Part shown: positions 23,938-36,582 of the stretch, one piece after another
Numbering within the stretch: position 1 is the first letter of the stretch
Layout: every line of letters starts with the position of its first letter
DNA from: Vitrella brassicaformis CCMP3155
Lineage: Eukaryota; Protista; Chromerida
Length of the DNA: 64,000 nt
Direction of reading: 5' to 3'
Assembly: GCA_001179505.1 (NCBI GenBank)
Contig: CDMY01000380.1
Coordinates: 1-64,000, forward strand
Notes under the pieces: generated by a model
Seen by the model: only the letters and a program-made list of their open reading frames with translations
The model's database searches: none
Told to the model about the DNA's origin: nothing
Made by a program: the position numbers and the translations under genes

Positions 23938-25622
23938 CTAGCACCCCTCCCCTCCCCGGCCGTCCATCTCCACATCCGGCGGTCCAGGCCTACCCCGGTC
24001 CCCTCCAACCATCGCCCGCTTGATATCTGCGACAGGGTCGAGTGAGAACAGTGGCAGCCGCTTGTCCGTCAAGGATGGCGGCCTGGGCAACCTCAGGGGA
24101 GGGCTAGGAGGGCGTGCGGTGCCCGAGCCAGGGATCGACAGCGATATCATGGGGAGAGGCTGAGTTGGCGGAGAGCCGCCAGGCCACTGGTGCTGATGCT
24201 GGTGCCGCTGCGTCTGCTTGTTTAGGATATCGGGGACCAGCTTGGCCCTGCCGCAACCATCTCCCACCACCACCGTCTGGGTGCGACCGTCATACCTGAA
24301 TCACTCACACGAAACGAGAGACACGCCTTAGGTAGGTCGGCAGTGGATAAGACGACGGTGACGTACCAGAGGTAGTAAAGAGTCGTATGCTCCTTTGAGA
24401 GCTCGAGGCCGCTCTCCTCGCTGTTTTTCTGCTTTACCTGTATACGAGAAGCCTCAGATGCAACACAACGAGTGTATGCACCATCCCATGACTCGCTGAC
24501 CTGGTACAGCTTGATAGGTATGCAAGTGATTCGTGATGTTGGCCGCTGCTCACTCGGGGACACCTCGGTGCTTCCGGTTTTCCCATCTGTGCTTGCAGTG
24601 CTCCTGGTCGCTGATGGTGAGGCCTCAGACCCCCCATTGCCTCGGGAGCGCCGATCCTCTCTCTTGAGCTGCAGCGACACGAAGCAGCCCGCATCGAAGG
24701 CGCAAAACAGCACATTCTCGGACCGATCAAACGCCGCTGCCGAACACCGATGGTGCGAGTCGAGCGCATACACGTGAGCTGTCAGGCGGTAGGTGAGCAG
24801 GATCTCGTGCGACTGCGAGTCCCACACAATGAACTCACCGACGCAGCACGCCACAACGTAAGGCCCGCTGCCCGACCCGCCCAGAGTGTCCGTGATGTCG
24901 CAGTGGTTGACCGTCTCCCTCGCACCCAGCAGCTTGTGCACCACGCGGCCCCGCTCGAGCGAATAGACATATACTGGCACGTCCTCGAGGGAGCTTGTGT
25001 GGCCGCTGGCGTCCACCACTTGGCTCGCATGGCCCGCCAGGATGTGGTTCTTGGGCTTGTAGAAGGACACACACGTGACCGCAGACGAGGGACAGGGCTC
25101 TGGCGATGACGGAGCGCTCTCGGTACTCGGAGGTCGATACGTGCACGCCAATGCGTTGGTCTCGATAAAAAAGGACCGCAGAGTGCCATCCGCATAGCCG
25201 CAGACAAGAGCGTTGTTGAGGGGGCAGGCGATGCAGGTCAAGACTGGGGCTGAGGCATCCGAGTCCACCCCCTCTTCAGGCGCCGGGATCTCCTTCTGGA
25301 GCTTCAGAGTCACACCACTGTGGATGCGGATCACTCCGTCTTCACAGCCACTGAACAGGCAGGGGCCCAGTGCGCTCTTGGTGTTGAGGGCAGCACATCG
25401 GATGGCGCTTGAAGGCTGCACGCGATAGAGGTATTTCCGGATGCCTGACTTGGCGCTGAAGTTCTCGATAGAGTCTTTGGTGATGACAAGGATGCCGCTG
25501 GCTGCGCCCTGTTCCGCATCGAAGAAGGCAGCGACGACCTTCGGACGCTTGGAGAGAGGCAGATCCGTCCGCCCCTGCACTTGGTTCACAGGCCTGGTCA
25601 CCTGCAGGGCCTGGTTCCCCAT
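23938..25622 (-). CDS. WD40/beta-propeller-like protein, 2 exons
   Basis: WD-like strands LFSGCEDGVIRIH, LVCGYADGTLRSF, ILAGHASQ and VVHKLLGARETVNHCDI. The intron is 24296-24366. The likely start is MGNQ. Confidence 0.75.
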
Positions 25623-25737
25623 GAAGATGATAACGATACACCCCAGGTGAGATAAATACAAGATCGCGTGGCCGCCTTCGACCGCCGTGCGTTCGCAGGA
25701 GTCTCGCTGTTCGATTTGTGTCGCGGTCTCGGAGAGG

Positions 25738-27323
25738 GAATTGAGCTAGTGCCTGGCTAGTGCTCATTTGCTCGAATTGGGCTAGAGCCCATTTGCGTCT
25801 TTCAGAAACAACACGTTCGGCAGAAAAAACGTTCGATCACGATCGTATGGACGGCAAAGGAAAATCGGTAGCGGTGTTGTCTTGCTTGCACTACTAGAGA
25901 CACGTCGAGAAGCTTCGTTTTTTCGTTAAACTGATGTGCCCTAAAGCGGCAAGGTGTTGCTTGAAAAAGCTCGCGCGTGCGCCACTGAAGGAGAAATCCC
26001 CAAGGCACGAACTTCCTAAAAGATGCATCTACTGACTGAACACACGAAACGCGCCAGTTTGTGGTGGATGGGATGTTTCTCCTTTGTCCGTTCATGCAGC
26101 TGGTTGAGCTTTGTCTTTCTTGGTTGCCTTTTCGCAGGTCCCTCAGTGCCGCATCGACTTTGTCGAGCTTCTGGCGGTTAACGAAAGAGATCTCGCCGAC
26201 TATCGTGTAGTGGATATGCTTGTAAGGCTCCTCTCTGCAAATGCGGTCACCATCGACTGCCTGCTGCTTCCCCGTTTGGCGCCGCAGCCTCTTCTCGCCA
26301 CTCTCGAAGCCATCGAAGAGGTGCAGGAGCGAATCGACTGTCGAGCCTTCGGTGTTATCTGCAGCCACACCGGTAGGTAAGTGCCGCCAGACACAGCCAA
26401 TGTCTGCATTGCAGTTCAGCAGAACAAGCCTTCACGGCTTTCATGACGGTCTTACCGGTCAGGCACATGCGCAATGGCGCGATGTATTTATTGTCCCTCA
26501 GGTCTTTGTAGTGGTTCAGCAAGTGGCTGCAGATGATTTGGAACGCCCGCATCTGCTCTTCGTTCAATCGGTAACGGCTCGCCCAGTGAACAGAGAACGT
26601 CCTGTCGTCGACCGTCTCAGGCGGCTGCAATGCGGACGCCGGCTGCTCCAGCAGTCGAGTGAGGTCGGCAGCATCCATCGAGTGACCACAGTGTGTCTGG
26701 CGGCACTTCAGGAGGCTTGCTTCATCTGACGTGGCGCGGCTGTGGCCGATTTCATTTACCTTGTTGCGTTGCTGGTGCAGGTCATCGTTAGGCTGATCCT
26801 GGCGGCTCCCATTTGATTGACAAGCCGATTGACAGTCATCGAAGGCAGTCTTCGATAGCCCCTTCAACAGGCGCGCTAGATTGATACATGTCTATTGATA
26901 TCATCGCTGCATATCGATAGGCTGGCATCCAATTGCATCCAGCGGTGCATTGATATACTTGGCGAAGCACGTCTTCAACACGGGCGCAGCAGAAGCGGCA
27001 ACATGGGGGGTGTCTTGTGTTCTTGGTGCAGCCCTCTGAGTACCTGTATGTTATCGACACGTCTGTCTTCGAGATCTGCATGCTTTTCAAGCCCTCGATT
27101 GTTGTCTGCATGTTTTTGAAACTCTCGCCATTGTTGCATGCGTCGGTGTGCTTCTCGCAAACACTCGTGCTGTGCACGTCTCTGTGACGCAGAATTGAAC
27201 CACCACTTCGCACGCTGCTTTCCACCCCTGCCCAATTCGCGGCCCGGGGTGCCCTACCCCTTACTCGGAATTCCGTGAATTGGGCTAGAGCCCTTTTGCG
27301 TCTTTATGAAACAACACGTTCGG
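25738..27323 (-). mobile_element. Decayed Helitron-type PIF1 helicase fragment between 47-bp direct repeats
   Basis: PLRMCLTG-KT (Walker A with a deletion), TGVAADNTEGSTVDSLL (motif Ia, frameshifted) and IVGEISFVNRQKLDKVDAALRDLRK (motif II with DE changed to GE). The repeats at 25774-25820 and 27277-27323 match at 44 of 47 positions. Confidence 0.75.
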
Positions 27324-27389
27324 AATTTTGATGGCGCAAGTTGGAGGCCTGAAGGGTTCGGACCACTTGATCCTCCCTCCCGTCTGGTC

Positions 27390-28640
27390 ATGGTCGTGTT
27401 GTACCTGGTTTCCCTCGTCTGCCTTGGCGCAAGTCCGGCGTTATCCTTACATGCTGCCGCCCCATTCTTGCATCATCGCTTGTGGAAGATGTTCGCCGAC
27501 AGGAGGAGCACAGGGGTTGCGGCTGCACCAATCCTAGAGCTTGAGGGCTTCAGGGAGCAAGTAGAACTTGACCGCGCAGGTGATCGTCGAACCCTGCTAC
27601 TTGCTGACTTGAAGGAACTCGGGAGCCTGGTGGCGTCTGGCAGCACTTCATCTTTGTTGTCCGGGCCGTTGGCCGTAGAGAGCAACATAGAAGACATGTC
27701 TGAGTTGCCGCTCTTGCAGGCACGAGTACTCCAGAGTTTTGCACCCCCTGACATGTTCACGCCCACCGTTCCGCCCAGGCTCAACAAGACGGTCTGGAAG
27801 GGAGATAAGCATCCTGAATATGACCTCCGCCTAGGTGAGTAGAAATGGACGCTGCATCCCTTCTCTCTGCATGAGACTTGTGTGTCCTGCAACAGGCCGC
27901 TTGTTGGACATGATTACGTATGGGTATCCGCAGCTCTTTGACTTCGAACCAGATTTGGAGCTCTTCGCGTACGCTTCACAAACATACCATGGCATTGCTC
28001 TTGACCTGCGCTATGGATGGATGTAGCAAGGACATCGTATTTGAAGACCCCGTTGGGCTCCAGCTGCGAGGGAGAAGCACGTACAAACAAATCTGGAAAG
28101 GTATGCAGATGTGAATTGTGGCTGCACGCAACTATTTCTCACATTGGCAGGGCTGTACTACCTGCGCAAGAGCATCGATTGGTACGAGATCCGCCATCAC
28201 GTCGTGTGGGATCCCTACATGGAGGTCGTTCGTGTTTCCTGGCACCTCAAGCTCAAGGTGAACGGCACGATCCGACAGCAATTAGGAAGGGGTGAATTGA
28301 TGGCAGAGCGGATCGATGCTTGCTGCTTCTCGCATGCATGACATCAGGCTCCGATGGTGTCAGACCTGATTTATGCCGACGGCATATCTGTTTATTACGT
28401 GAACGATGACGGGTACGCGGCCGTCGCGCGCACAGAGTTGCCAGTTCAGAACAATGTTGATGCTGTGTGCTCAGGCTGGTGACCAAGCACCAAGTGACTC
28501 TCCTCAATGCAAGGCCTCCATGGCTGTGGCGGGTGCTCAACATCAAAGGCTGGCTGTACTATCTTACTCCATCAGGCCCGCAGATAGTCCAACCCGCACC
28601 CTGTACCCCAATTCGACGTCAAGCGCCGAGGGTTGACTGA
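27390..28640 (+). CDS. DUF2358 (NTF2/SnoaL-like) protein with probable bipartite plastid leader
   Basis: The spliced core reads PEYDLRLGRLLDMITYGYPQLFDFEPDLELF.KDIVFEDPVGLQLRGRSTYKQIWKGLYYLR...DGISVYYVNDDG. A signal peptide is followed by a basic/Ser-Ala-rich stretch. Confidence 0.7.
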
Positions 28641-28879
28641 AGAGGATGTGTCGTGAATGTGCATGCGAGACCAGTCGTGAGGCAGGCACTTCATTTAAGT
28701 CTTGCCAGTAGTCGAATGCCCTGCATAGCAATGCGACCTAATGCAGCCATTCATGCGGAACACACCACAACTATCTCTCCATCGGAACTTTCATTTGAAT
28801 TCTCCTGCTCGGAGACGACGAGACGACACCGCTGGTGGTCAGCATAAACAAGACAGAAAGATCCATCGCTTCGGTACTC

Positions 28880-30522
28880 ACTGCCTCTGTCCCTTCCCTT
28901 TGCAGCAGTGGACTCAGTCAGGACACAACCCTGGAGAGGGCAACCACGAGCGCAACGACTGGAAGCGGTATTACACGCGTGTCAAGGAAAATTTCCTATT
29001 GGGCCTTCAAGAGCCCGAAAGGTAGGCAACCGTCTGGGTCTCAATGCAGTGCATGCCTCCGTCCATCGTCTGGTGCTCTTTGTTCTCACAGAGGCCCTCC
29101 AACTCTACGACGTCTTCTGCTCCTGGTCGAGCCGCTACCGCATCCCCGGTCTGACCATGAGTGTCAACACATTCCTCGGCAGGGCCGTGGGGGCGAGCTG
29201 CCATCGATCGACCAGGGACGTAGCTGGAGCACAGCACGGTGCTGTGCCGTCAGGGACGAGTTGATCAAGGAGCTCGAAGGTCTCTGGCTTTACAACCGCT
29301 GTCAGCACGTGTACCCCGTCTACCTCAATGACACTGGCCATGTACCAAACAACCCACACATGCGAATCGCCGCAAGTTTCTTCTGCTCTCCGTTTCAGGT
29401 TGTGTCTGACACGTCCGACAAGGTTCCCCTCTCCGACTTCCCTGATGGCTACTCCAAGGACGACCTCCTCAAGGTCCCGCCCCGCGACAAGTATCGCCGT
29501 CTTCGCGCCACCCAGGATCCGCCCCACGCCCCGCTCACTCGCATCGGCCAGCTGAAGGCAGCCCTCCGCAAGACAGCGCAACAAAGGTATGAGGAGTACC
29601 GGCAGCGAGAGATCGACAGCATCAAGAAGGCAAATTGAGGTCCTCGAGACCAGGTCAGTCGACGTCGAGAGCATCCCTCGTCCCAGGGGGGTCAGCCGTC
29701 GCAACTCGCGCAAGGGGCCTTCGGGACGTGTCACCGTTCCTTCGGCGATGGTCTTCACCGCGGAAAGGAGAAGGCGCTGCGGGCAGCCCTGGAGTGCAGG
29801 TTGCAGCACCTGCAGGGCCATGGGTGTCCCAAGTGCCGGGACTTGGGGTCAGGGTGGGAGGAGTTCCAGCAACGGGACAATCGGAGGCTGGAGATCGAGC
29901 GTGTCGACAGTTGTATCGAGGAGGTCGAGGCCGCCATACGTGATGGACGTGAGGTGTCTCCTCCCCCTGGGATGGGTGGTAGGGCGTCTGGGATGGCATG
30001 GGTACGAAAGGAAACACATCACGTACATTCCTCCCAGATCAGACCCATCACCAGTATTATGATTTGTTTGCGTGCAGGACACGAGCCACACGGTGGACGG
30101 TCAACCGCGGTGTCAGATTCGCTTCACGCCAGCACAGCCTCCCATGGACACCAGCATGAAGGCGCTGCTCGCTGCTCTCTAGCTCAAGCGGAAGCACCGG
30201 GTCGAGGGCGGGTGCGAGAGGTGTTTGCAGTCGGCCAGCACGCGTGACAACGAGGAGGGTGGGCGGGCCTCAGCTGCATGGACTCGCGAGAACGCAGGTG
30301 GCGACCATCGACGCGGCACTCAGCCAGATCGACAAGGGCGTGGTTCCCTCGTCTCTCACGGGCACAGGGTGCACCTACCTTCCGCGACAAGACACCGTCG
30401 TGACGCATCACACTCGCAACAAAAACAGGTGTCATCCGAGCTTTTCATTTGGCCCCCGGTCTAAGCTCGATCAGCTGGAAGCAGTCAAGCTGGCTCTTGA
30501 GGCCAAGAGACATCATCTGTAG
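28880..30522 (+). pseudogene. Degenerate multi-exon ORF with Zn-ribbon-like and AP2-like segments
   Basis: RCGQPWSA/..HLQGHGCPKC is split by a frameshift. The terminal segment is GCTYLPRQDTVVTHHTRNKNRCHPSFSFGPRSKLDQLEAVKLALEAKR. Confidence 0.35.
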
Positions 30523-32356
30523 GGCGGGACGCGTGAGAATTGCCGATGAACAATCGCTCCCTTGGCTTCCTGGAGTTTTGCCCTTCCCTTCCGCCTTTGG
30601 TTGTCTGTCAGCGACTGATCTGGGGCGGTCGAATGTGTCACGGGAAGGGCATGTTCGACCGCGGTCAGTCCCTCATTTGTTGTGTTCCATAATGCGGGTT
30701 CGGGGGGGTCGTGAGGTTTTGGGAAGGACCGAGCGACCCCCGCGCAACCCCCGTGCGGTTGTCCAGTGTCATTGTCTTTTTGGCTGGTAGGCCCTCGTAA
30801 ATTGATGGTAGGCCTGTAAACTGCATGATCTACGTGGAATGCGTACATACGAGCAGGTGCATGCCGCTGCATAGTGGTTTTATCGTATCAGACTCATCTC
30901 GGTCTGTATGCAAATGAAAACGATCAATTACCGATGGTGGATGGATGGATGGATGCTTCGCAACCAGAAACTTCAAATAAAAGGGCGTCAGGATCATGAA
31001 GGCGAAGCGGCGCGATGCCAAAGCGATGTTCGCGAGCAGAGCGTAAATTAAACGTCGGTCGATTGTGTGTGGACTGCTGGTACAAACAAATGATGAAGGC
31101 TCAAGCTATCTCTGTTCGCACACACGGGGGACTGCTCTTATCAACGACTGCCTGTCTGTCACACAGACGGGCACAAACAAACGAATGAACGAACGATCGG
31201 ACGACGAACGACGAACGAACGTAGCCTCTCGTTCCTGTGACGATGGGAATCAACCACCCCGTGGAAGCCTCCTCCCTTTGGCCACGACGGTGGTTGATGA
31301 AATTAGCTCTCTTTTTTATATCGAGACACCGGACAAATAGAGAAAAATTGTTCATTGATTGGTTGATCAATTGATTGAGTTGTTGATTAATTAATGCTCG
31401 GAGGCCCTTCGGTTGGCTGGTTGATGTCTTCTCCTGGTGAGGCATCACTGAATCGCTGACTCTCGCTCTCCTCAGAGAGAGAGGTCAGTTTGTGTACGTG
31501 ACACACTCGTGGCCGTGTTGCTCATCGATTGCTATCAAATCAAGTGACATACAGTCGCACGAACAGCTCTCTCTCGTGTCACGAACCGAACGTGGTCTCA
31601 CACCACCCATTCGCGGCACGCACCACCGCATCCACCCTCGTGTGCACCTCTCACTGAAAGGTCCGATAAAACTCTCTGCCCGCTGGCGGCTGGAACGGCC
31701 AGCAGCATCAGCCCTGCTGCAGGAGAGAGAGAAAGGGACCAAGGGAAGACAACAAGGAGGAAACGGCAAACAAAGAGAACGAAGAAAGACAGAAACACCC
31801 AGAAGGCAAGGAGGCAGGCACAAGGACAGAAGACGGATTCACTCGTAAGCACTTCGACGCATCCACAGACACGCTCTTTTTGCTACGTAAGTGTCCTTTC
31901 GCGTGGCATCACTGAGCCGCACACGCAGACCACCACCCACACGCGACGCAGCCGAAGCCCGAAGAGGTCCTCCCTGACACAAACAGATCCACAGCATCCA
32001 GGACTCGAGTGGCATCACTGACCCGTGCTCGCAGACTACCTCCCACACACGACGGTTCAGTTCAGTTCGGTTCGGCTGGGGCTTCAGGGGTGCCCTGGCT
32101 TTCGTGCAGAAGGGTTTGATTCGGGTCTTGCACGCTCAAAAAAAGGTTCAGCTGCACCGTTGCATGCGGGGCTGATTCAAAATCGGCAAAGATCTATTAT
32201 TACGAACATGAAGTGGGTAGCGTGCCACTCGATCGGAGTGGCGGGTCCGAATGAGGGTTTAGGGTTTGAGAACTTATCGTGAAACAGAAACACAGAGGGT
32301 ATGGCCTGAAACCTTACCCGTGCTTCGGTTAGAGGTGCTTCCCTCCTGGCATCTCA

Positions 32357-35300
32357 ATGGCCGCTACTTCTGCCGAGGCTTTGGCTGTCTTCGGAAGCAA
32401 TGTTGTCAAGACTTTGCCTGACAAAAGTGAGAGTTGTTTCATGTTGGTTCTTCATTCGTATCTGCCATGTCATCAGGCTATGAGAAGCGCAAGATTGCTG
32501 CCCAGGAGGTTGAACAGCTGATTCGGAGCTACTACAGTCAACAGCATCCTGGGAACACGGCGCACGAGAAGACCCGCGCTGCCCTGGAGTTGCTGGTTCG
32601 TGAGTATCTGGAGAATCCGCTGGGCAACTACAGGAAGGGGGGTCTGATTGGCTTGGCGTCTGTGGCAATAGGGCTTGAGGCAGCGAACATACAAACACAC
32701 CTGGGTGAGCTCAAGATATGACTATTCACAGACTCGAAAGCACAAGGATCGGTGGCGATAGATTTGCTGGTGCCGCCTATACTCAAGTGCTTCTCTGACC
32801 CTGAGTCACGCGTACGTTACTACGCATGCGAGGTAAACACGAGGCGAGTCGGCAGAGCCCCATTTGATTGTCTTGAGGGTGCAGTCACTGTACAACGTTG
32901 CCAAGGTTGCGCGTCACGATGTCCTCAAGTACTTCAATGACATATTTGATGGGCTGTGCAAGGTAGGCGCGTGAGGGAAGATGGGAACTAAAGCTGAATC
33001 GCAGACATGGACCCTCTGTCTGCAGCTTTTCGCCGACGTTGATGTTGAGGTGAAGAATGGCGCGCAGTACCTTGACAGGCTCATCAAGGACATAGTAACC
33101 GAGTGGTGAGAATGGTCAAAGTACAGTGATATGCATCTATGTGTACCTTTGCGGCATTCTGCCAGTCCTGCCTTCAATGTTGCGGAGTTCATCTCGCTGT
33201 TATCGCAGCGAATTCGTGTGCTGAATCCGTACGTCAGGCAGCTTATGGTACGTGTTTTGTGCACACCTACTGCATGGCGTATCTTCTGTGTTCTTACCAG
33301 TTGAGCTGGATCACCATCCTTGACTCCGTACCAGGTCGGTGGTCGCAAGCCTATGTAGCCGTCTGAACTATGTATTGCTGTTTGCAGACGTGGATATGTT
33401 ATCGTATCTCCCACAGTTTCTAGAGGGCCTTTTCAGCATGCTCGCAGATACAAACAGGTCTGCCACATCTTCGAGTGCTGCTTGTTTCGCATAGATGCAG
33501 CCGAAAGCATGTCTTGGCGATGCAGGGATATTCGGCATGGTGCGGACGCCTGCCTGTCCGAGTTCCTGAACGAAATCAAGCAGTCGGGGCCCAAAGGTGT
33601 GTGAGCCGACTAAACTCGCAAGTGAATGCACGAGCGCTGCGACCTTCATGATGAATGATCGATCAGAGGCTGAGAGTGTTATCGGTGAGGTGGCAAAGAT
33701 AGTTGTCAAGGGATGCAAAGCTGCTGGTAGGAAAGAACAGTAGGACATGCAGGATCTTGCGGCAATTCTGCTCGTTCGTGTAGAGAACTTCTGCCGTCTA
33801 ACTGCATTGGTGTGGCTCCATGATTTTGTCGAGATGGGTGCCTCTATTTCCCTGCAGCCTCTGTATCCTGCTCTTCTCGATGGAGTGTTGCATTGCGTGG
33901 ATGATAGCGAAGAAGGTGCGCAAATAGATAAGATTGGCAAATACCCCTACAGTCTCTCACTTGGACAGAGATAAGTCGAATTGCGGTTACGACACATACC
34001 GCTCTGTTGAATATGGTCAATAGTTCGGACTTCGCATTCGCTGTGCCAGAGCTGGTAGGCCTTGAGCTTGACACCAGCGGAATGTGAAAGACACACTTGA
34101 CACTCGTCTGTCTGTAATTCTCAGGTGACAGTCTTGCTTGACAAACTAAAGAATGAAGGGGTGAGTGGATTGTCGCGGACCAGAGAACTCAATCGGACAG
34201 AGAACTCAATCGGACAGGAACTCTTACCTTGTTTGTCTCGGCAGGTGACGGTCCGTGTAGCCTGCCTGCAGTGGGTGTGTATGCTGCTGACGCGCAGGTA
34301 CATCACCTGACCCGCATTGCTCCCTCGTAACTTTGGGCTCTCTGACGATTTGCCTTCAGGCCAGGACAGATGGCTCTGGTACTGGAGATATTGTTTGATC
34401 CCATCTTCGAGACGCTCAAGCATCCTGATAGCGAAGTTGTCGTCGCAGCACTGCAAGTCCTTGCGCAAATATCCCAACACGGTGAGAAATGGGTCTCATA
34501 ATGTACTCGGTAGTGACACGCGTTCTTGCGCCGATTGACGTAGTTCAGGTGACTTTTTTGACCTGGTGTCCCAGAAGTTACTGCACCTCTTTGCAAAAGA
34601 TCGGAAAATGCTCGTAAGCAATGCATGGACATGGCATCCTTATATATAGTCGTTTGGCACACATCGTTTTTCCCGTGCAGGATCAGCGCGGCCGTCTGGT
34701 TATTCGCCAACTGTGTACGTACCTAGATGTCCAGCAGCTCTACACGACCATTGCGAAGGCGCTTGAGCAAGAGCAGGTACTAAAGATAGGATCACACGCA
34801 AAGGACAGCCGATATATGTGTGTGTCTTAAGGACTTGGAGTACTGTCACCAGCTGGTCCAGATTTTCAATTGGATCCTTCTCACCGCCAAGGAAACCAAA
34901 GAGTTTCGAGAGAAGCTTCTTCATGGTAACAAGCTCAAAAAGTCAACTCCTGGTGTGCAATTCTAAGGGGCTTCATCCCTTGCTTGGCCCGCAGCCGATG
35001 AATCCGAACTCTTTCGACGCCTTCTGGTGCCGTGGTGAGCAAGCTTTTCGTGAAGCTGATCAGCATTTCTCGCTCACATTTTTCGTTTCGTCAGGTTTCA
35101 CAACCCCGTATCGACTCTTTCTCTCTGTCTATGGGTAAGTGCGCGTACAAGGACGCACACACACACACACACACACACATATCGTATTGTGGACGTGAGA
35201 ATCAGGTACAAGAGTACGACATGGCTTTTGAACTTGTCCGACGGTTGTAAGCGCAAAGTCAATTTGCCATACGGGTATCCAAAGAATCTCCCTTGACTGG

Positions 35301-36582
35301 CGATGCAGTGCCACTTTCGAGCCATCTGTAGAGTTTCTCGTCCAACTTGATCAGTTGGTACACCTAATGGAGTCACCCATCTTCGCACGTACGAGCCAAA
35401 TACAACCAACAAGCGGGTGTTTAATGTGATCGTCCTGTGCAGGAATGCGTCTTCATCTCCTCGACCCGAGATCACACCATACCCTGCTAAAAGCTCTCAT
35501 GGGTAAAGGAGCTGCTCGTTCTACTCTGCTCGACGACCTGTTCACCCTATTGTGTTCAGGTCTTGCCATGTTGATGCCTCAGGCCTCAGCTTTCCAGATC
35601 CTTCACCATCGACTGCAGATTGTGCAAACAGGTGACATATGGGCCTAAGTACCACACACTGTGCTCCCTTGCCCATCTTCTGTCAGGACTCCTCAGCGAA
35701 GGTCTTCAGAAGCCTGGTGTGGCTTCTCCTGGCACTCTGAAGGCGGAACTGTCCGGCCTTCTGCAGAAATTCGATGAAGTCACTTTGAGACATGTTAGGT
35801 ACAAGATCGTTGAAAATGCAATACACTCTGATGCCATGACATGATGTCACTTTGACAAGCTTCACTTATGACATGATGTCACTTAGAGACATTTGCCAGC
35901 GGTGGCCAAGCTGGCAAATGGCAAGCATTTCACTCTGCCAAATTTTTCACTGTTCTGTCGATGAAATGTCAATTTCACTCTGTTCTGTCAAATGAAAGCA
36001 TTTCACTGAAATGCTTTTCTGCCAGGCAAAATGCTGGCAAATGGCTTGGCAGAGTGAAATGTGTGTGTGGCGTCTGTACAATCTAACACCTGTCCATCCA
36101 CACGCATACCATCACACGACCGCTCATTCTCTCATCTCTCTTTCTGGTTGTGCAGGAGAGAGTCGAAGCCGCTTGAGGGCGAGGAGGGGGAGGATGACGA
36201 CGATGACGACGACGATTTTGAAGCCCGCCAGCCGTCACGTCTGACGCCGACCTGCAGACCGAGGCCACATCGGCATCCCTGCAGGCCGTCGCCGAGTCGG
36301 CAGTGTCTCATGAAATGGATGAAAATGGTACAAAGTGAAAGCTTTTTCTTCGTGGTCAGCGATTTGACACCGCGGCAGGAGTCTGACTTGTGCAAACACA
36401 TTCATCGACCAACAGTTTCGAAGACTTCTAGAGCCAGCCCCTCACGTAGAATACCGACATTATACGGCCCCGACCGACTCGACACGATCCGCGTGCTCCC
36501 TGAGACAGACATGTGCGTGCCGACTCGCCGTGACGTTCTGTATAGATATAATGCTCGAGGGGGTCATGATATGTGTGTGTGA
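32357..36582 (+). CDS. VAC14: VAC14 (PIKfyve/Fab1 complex HEAT scaffold), multi-exon; 3' end uncertain
   Basis: YEKRKIAAQEVE, NYRKGGLIGLA, FSDPESRVRYYACE, DVDVEVKNGAQYLDRLIKDIV, LSYLPQFLEGLF, LNWILLTAKE and MRLHLLDP. Confidence 0.95.
35890..36061. repeat. Small foldback/MITE-like insert in the last VAC14 intron
   Basis: An 11-bp stem lies at 35890-35920. A 16-bp inverted repeat pairs catttcactctgccaa (about 35926) with ttggcagagtgaaatg (36046-36061). Confidence 0.6.

Noticed and set aside
34180-34220. Short tandem duplication in a VAC14 intron (similar ones at 8486-8525 and 46127-46152)
   Set aside because: These are ordinary slippage duplications.
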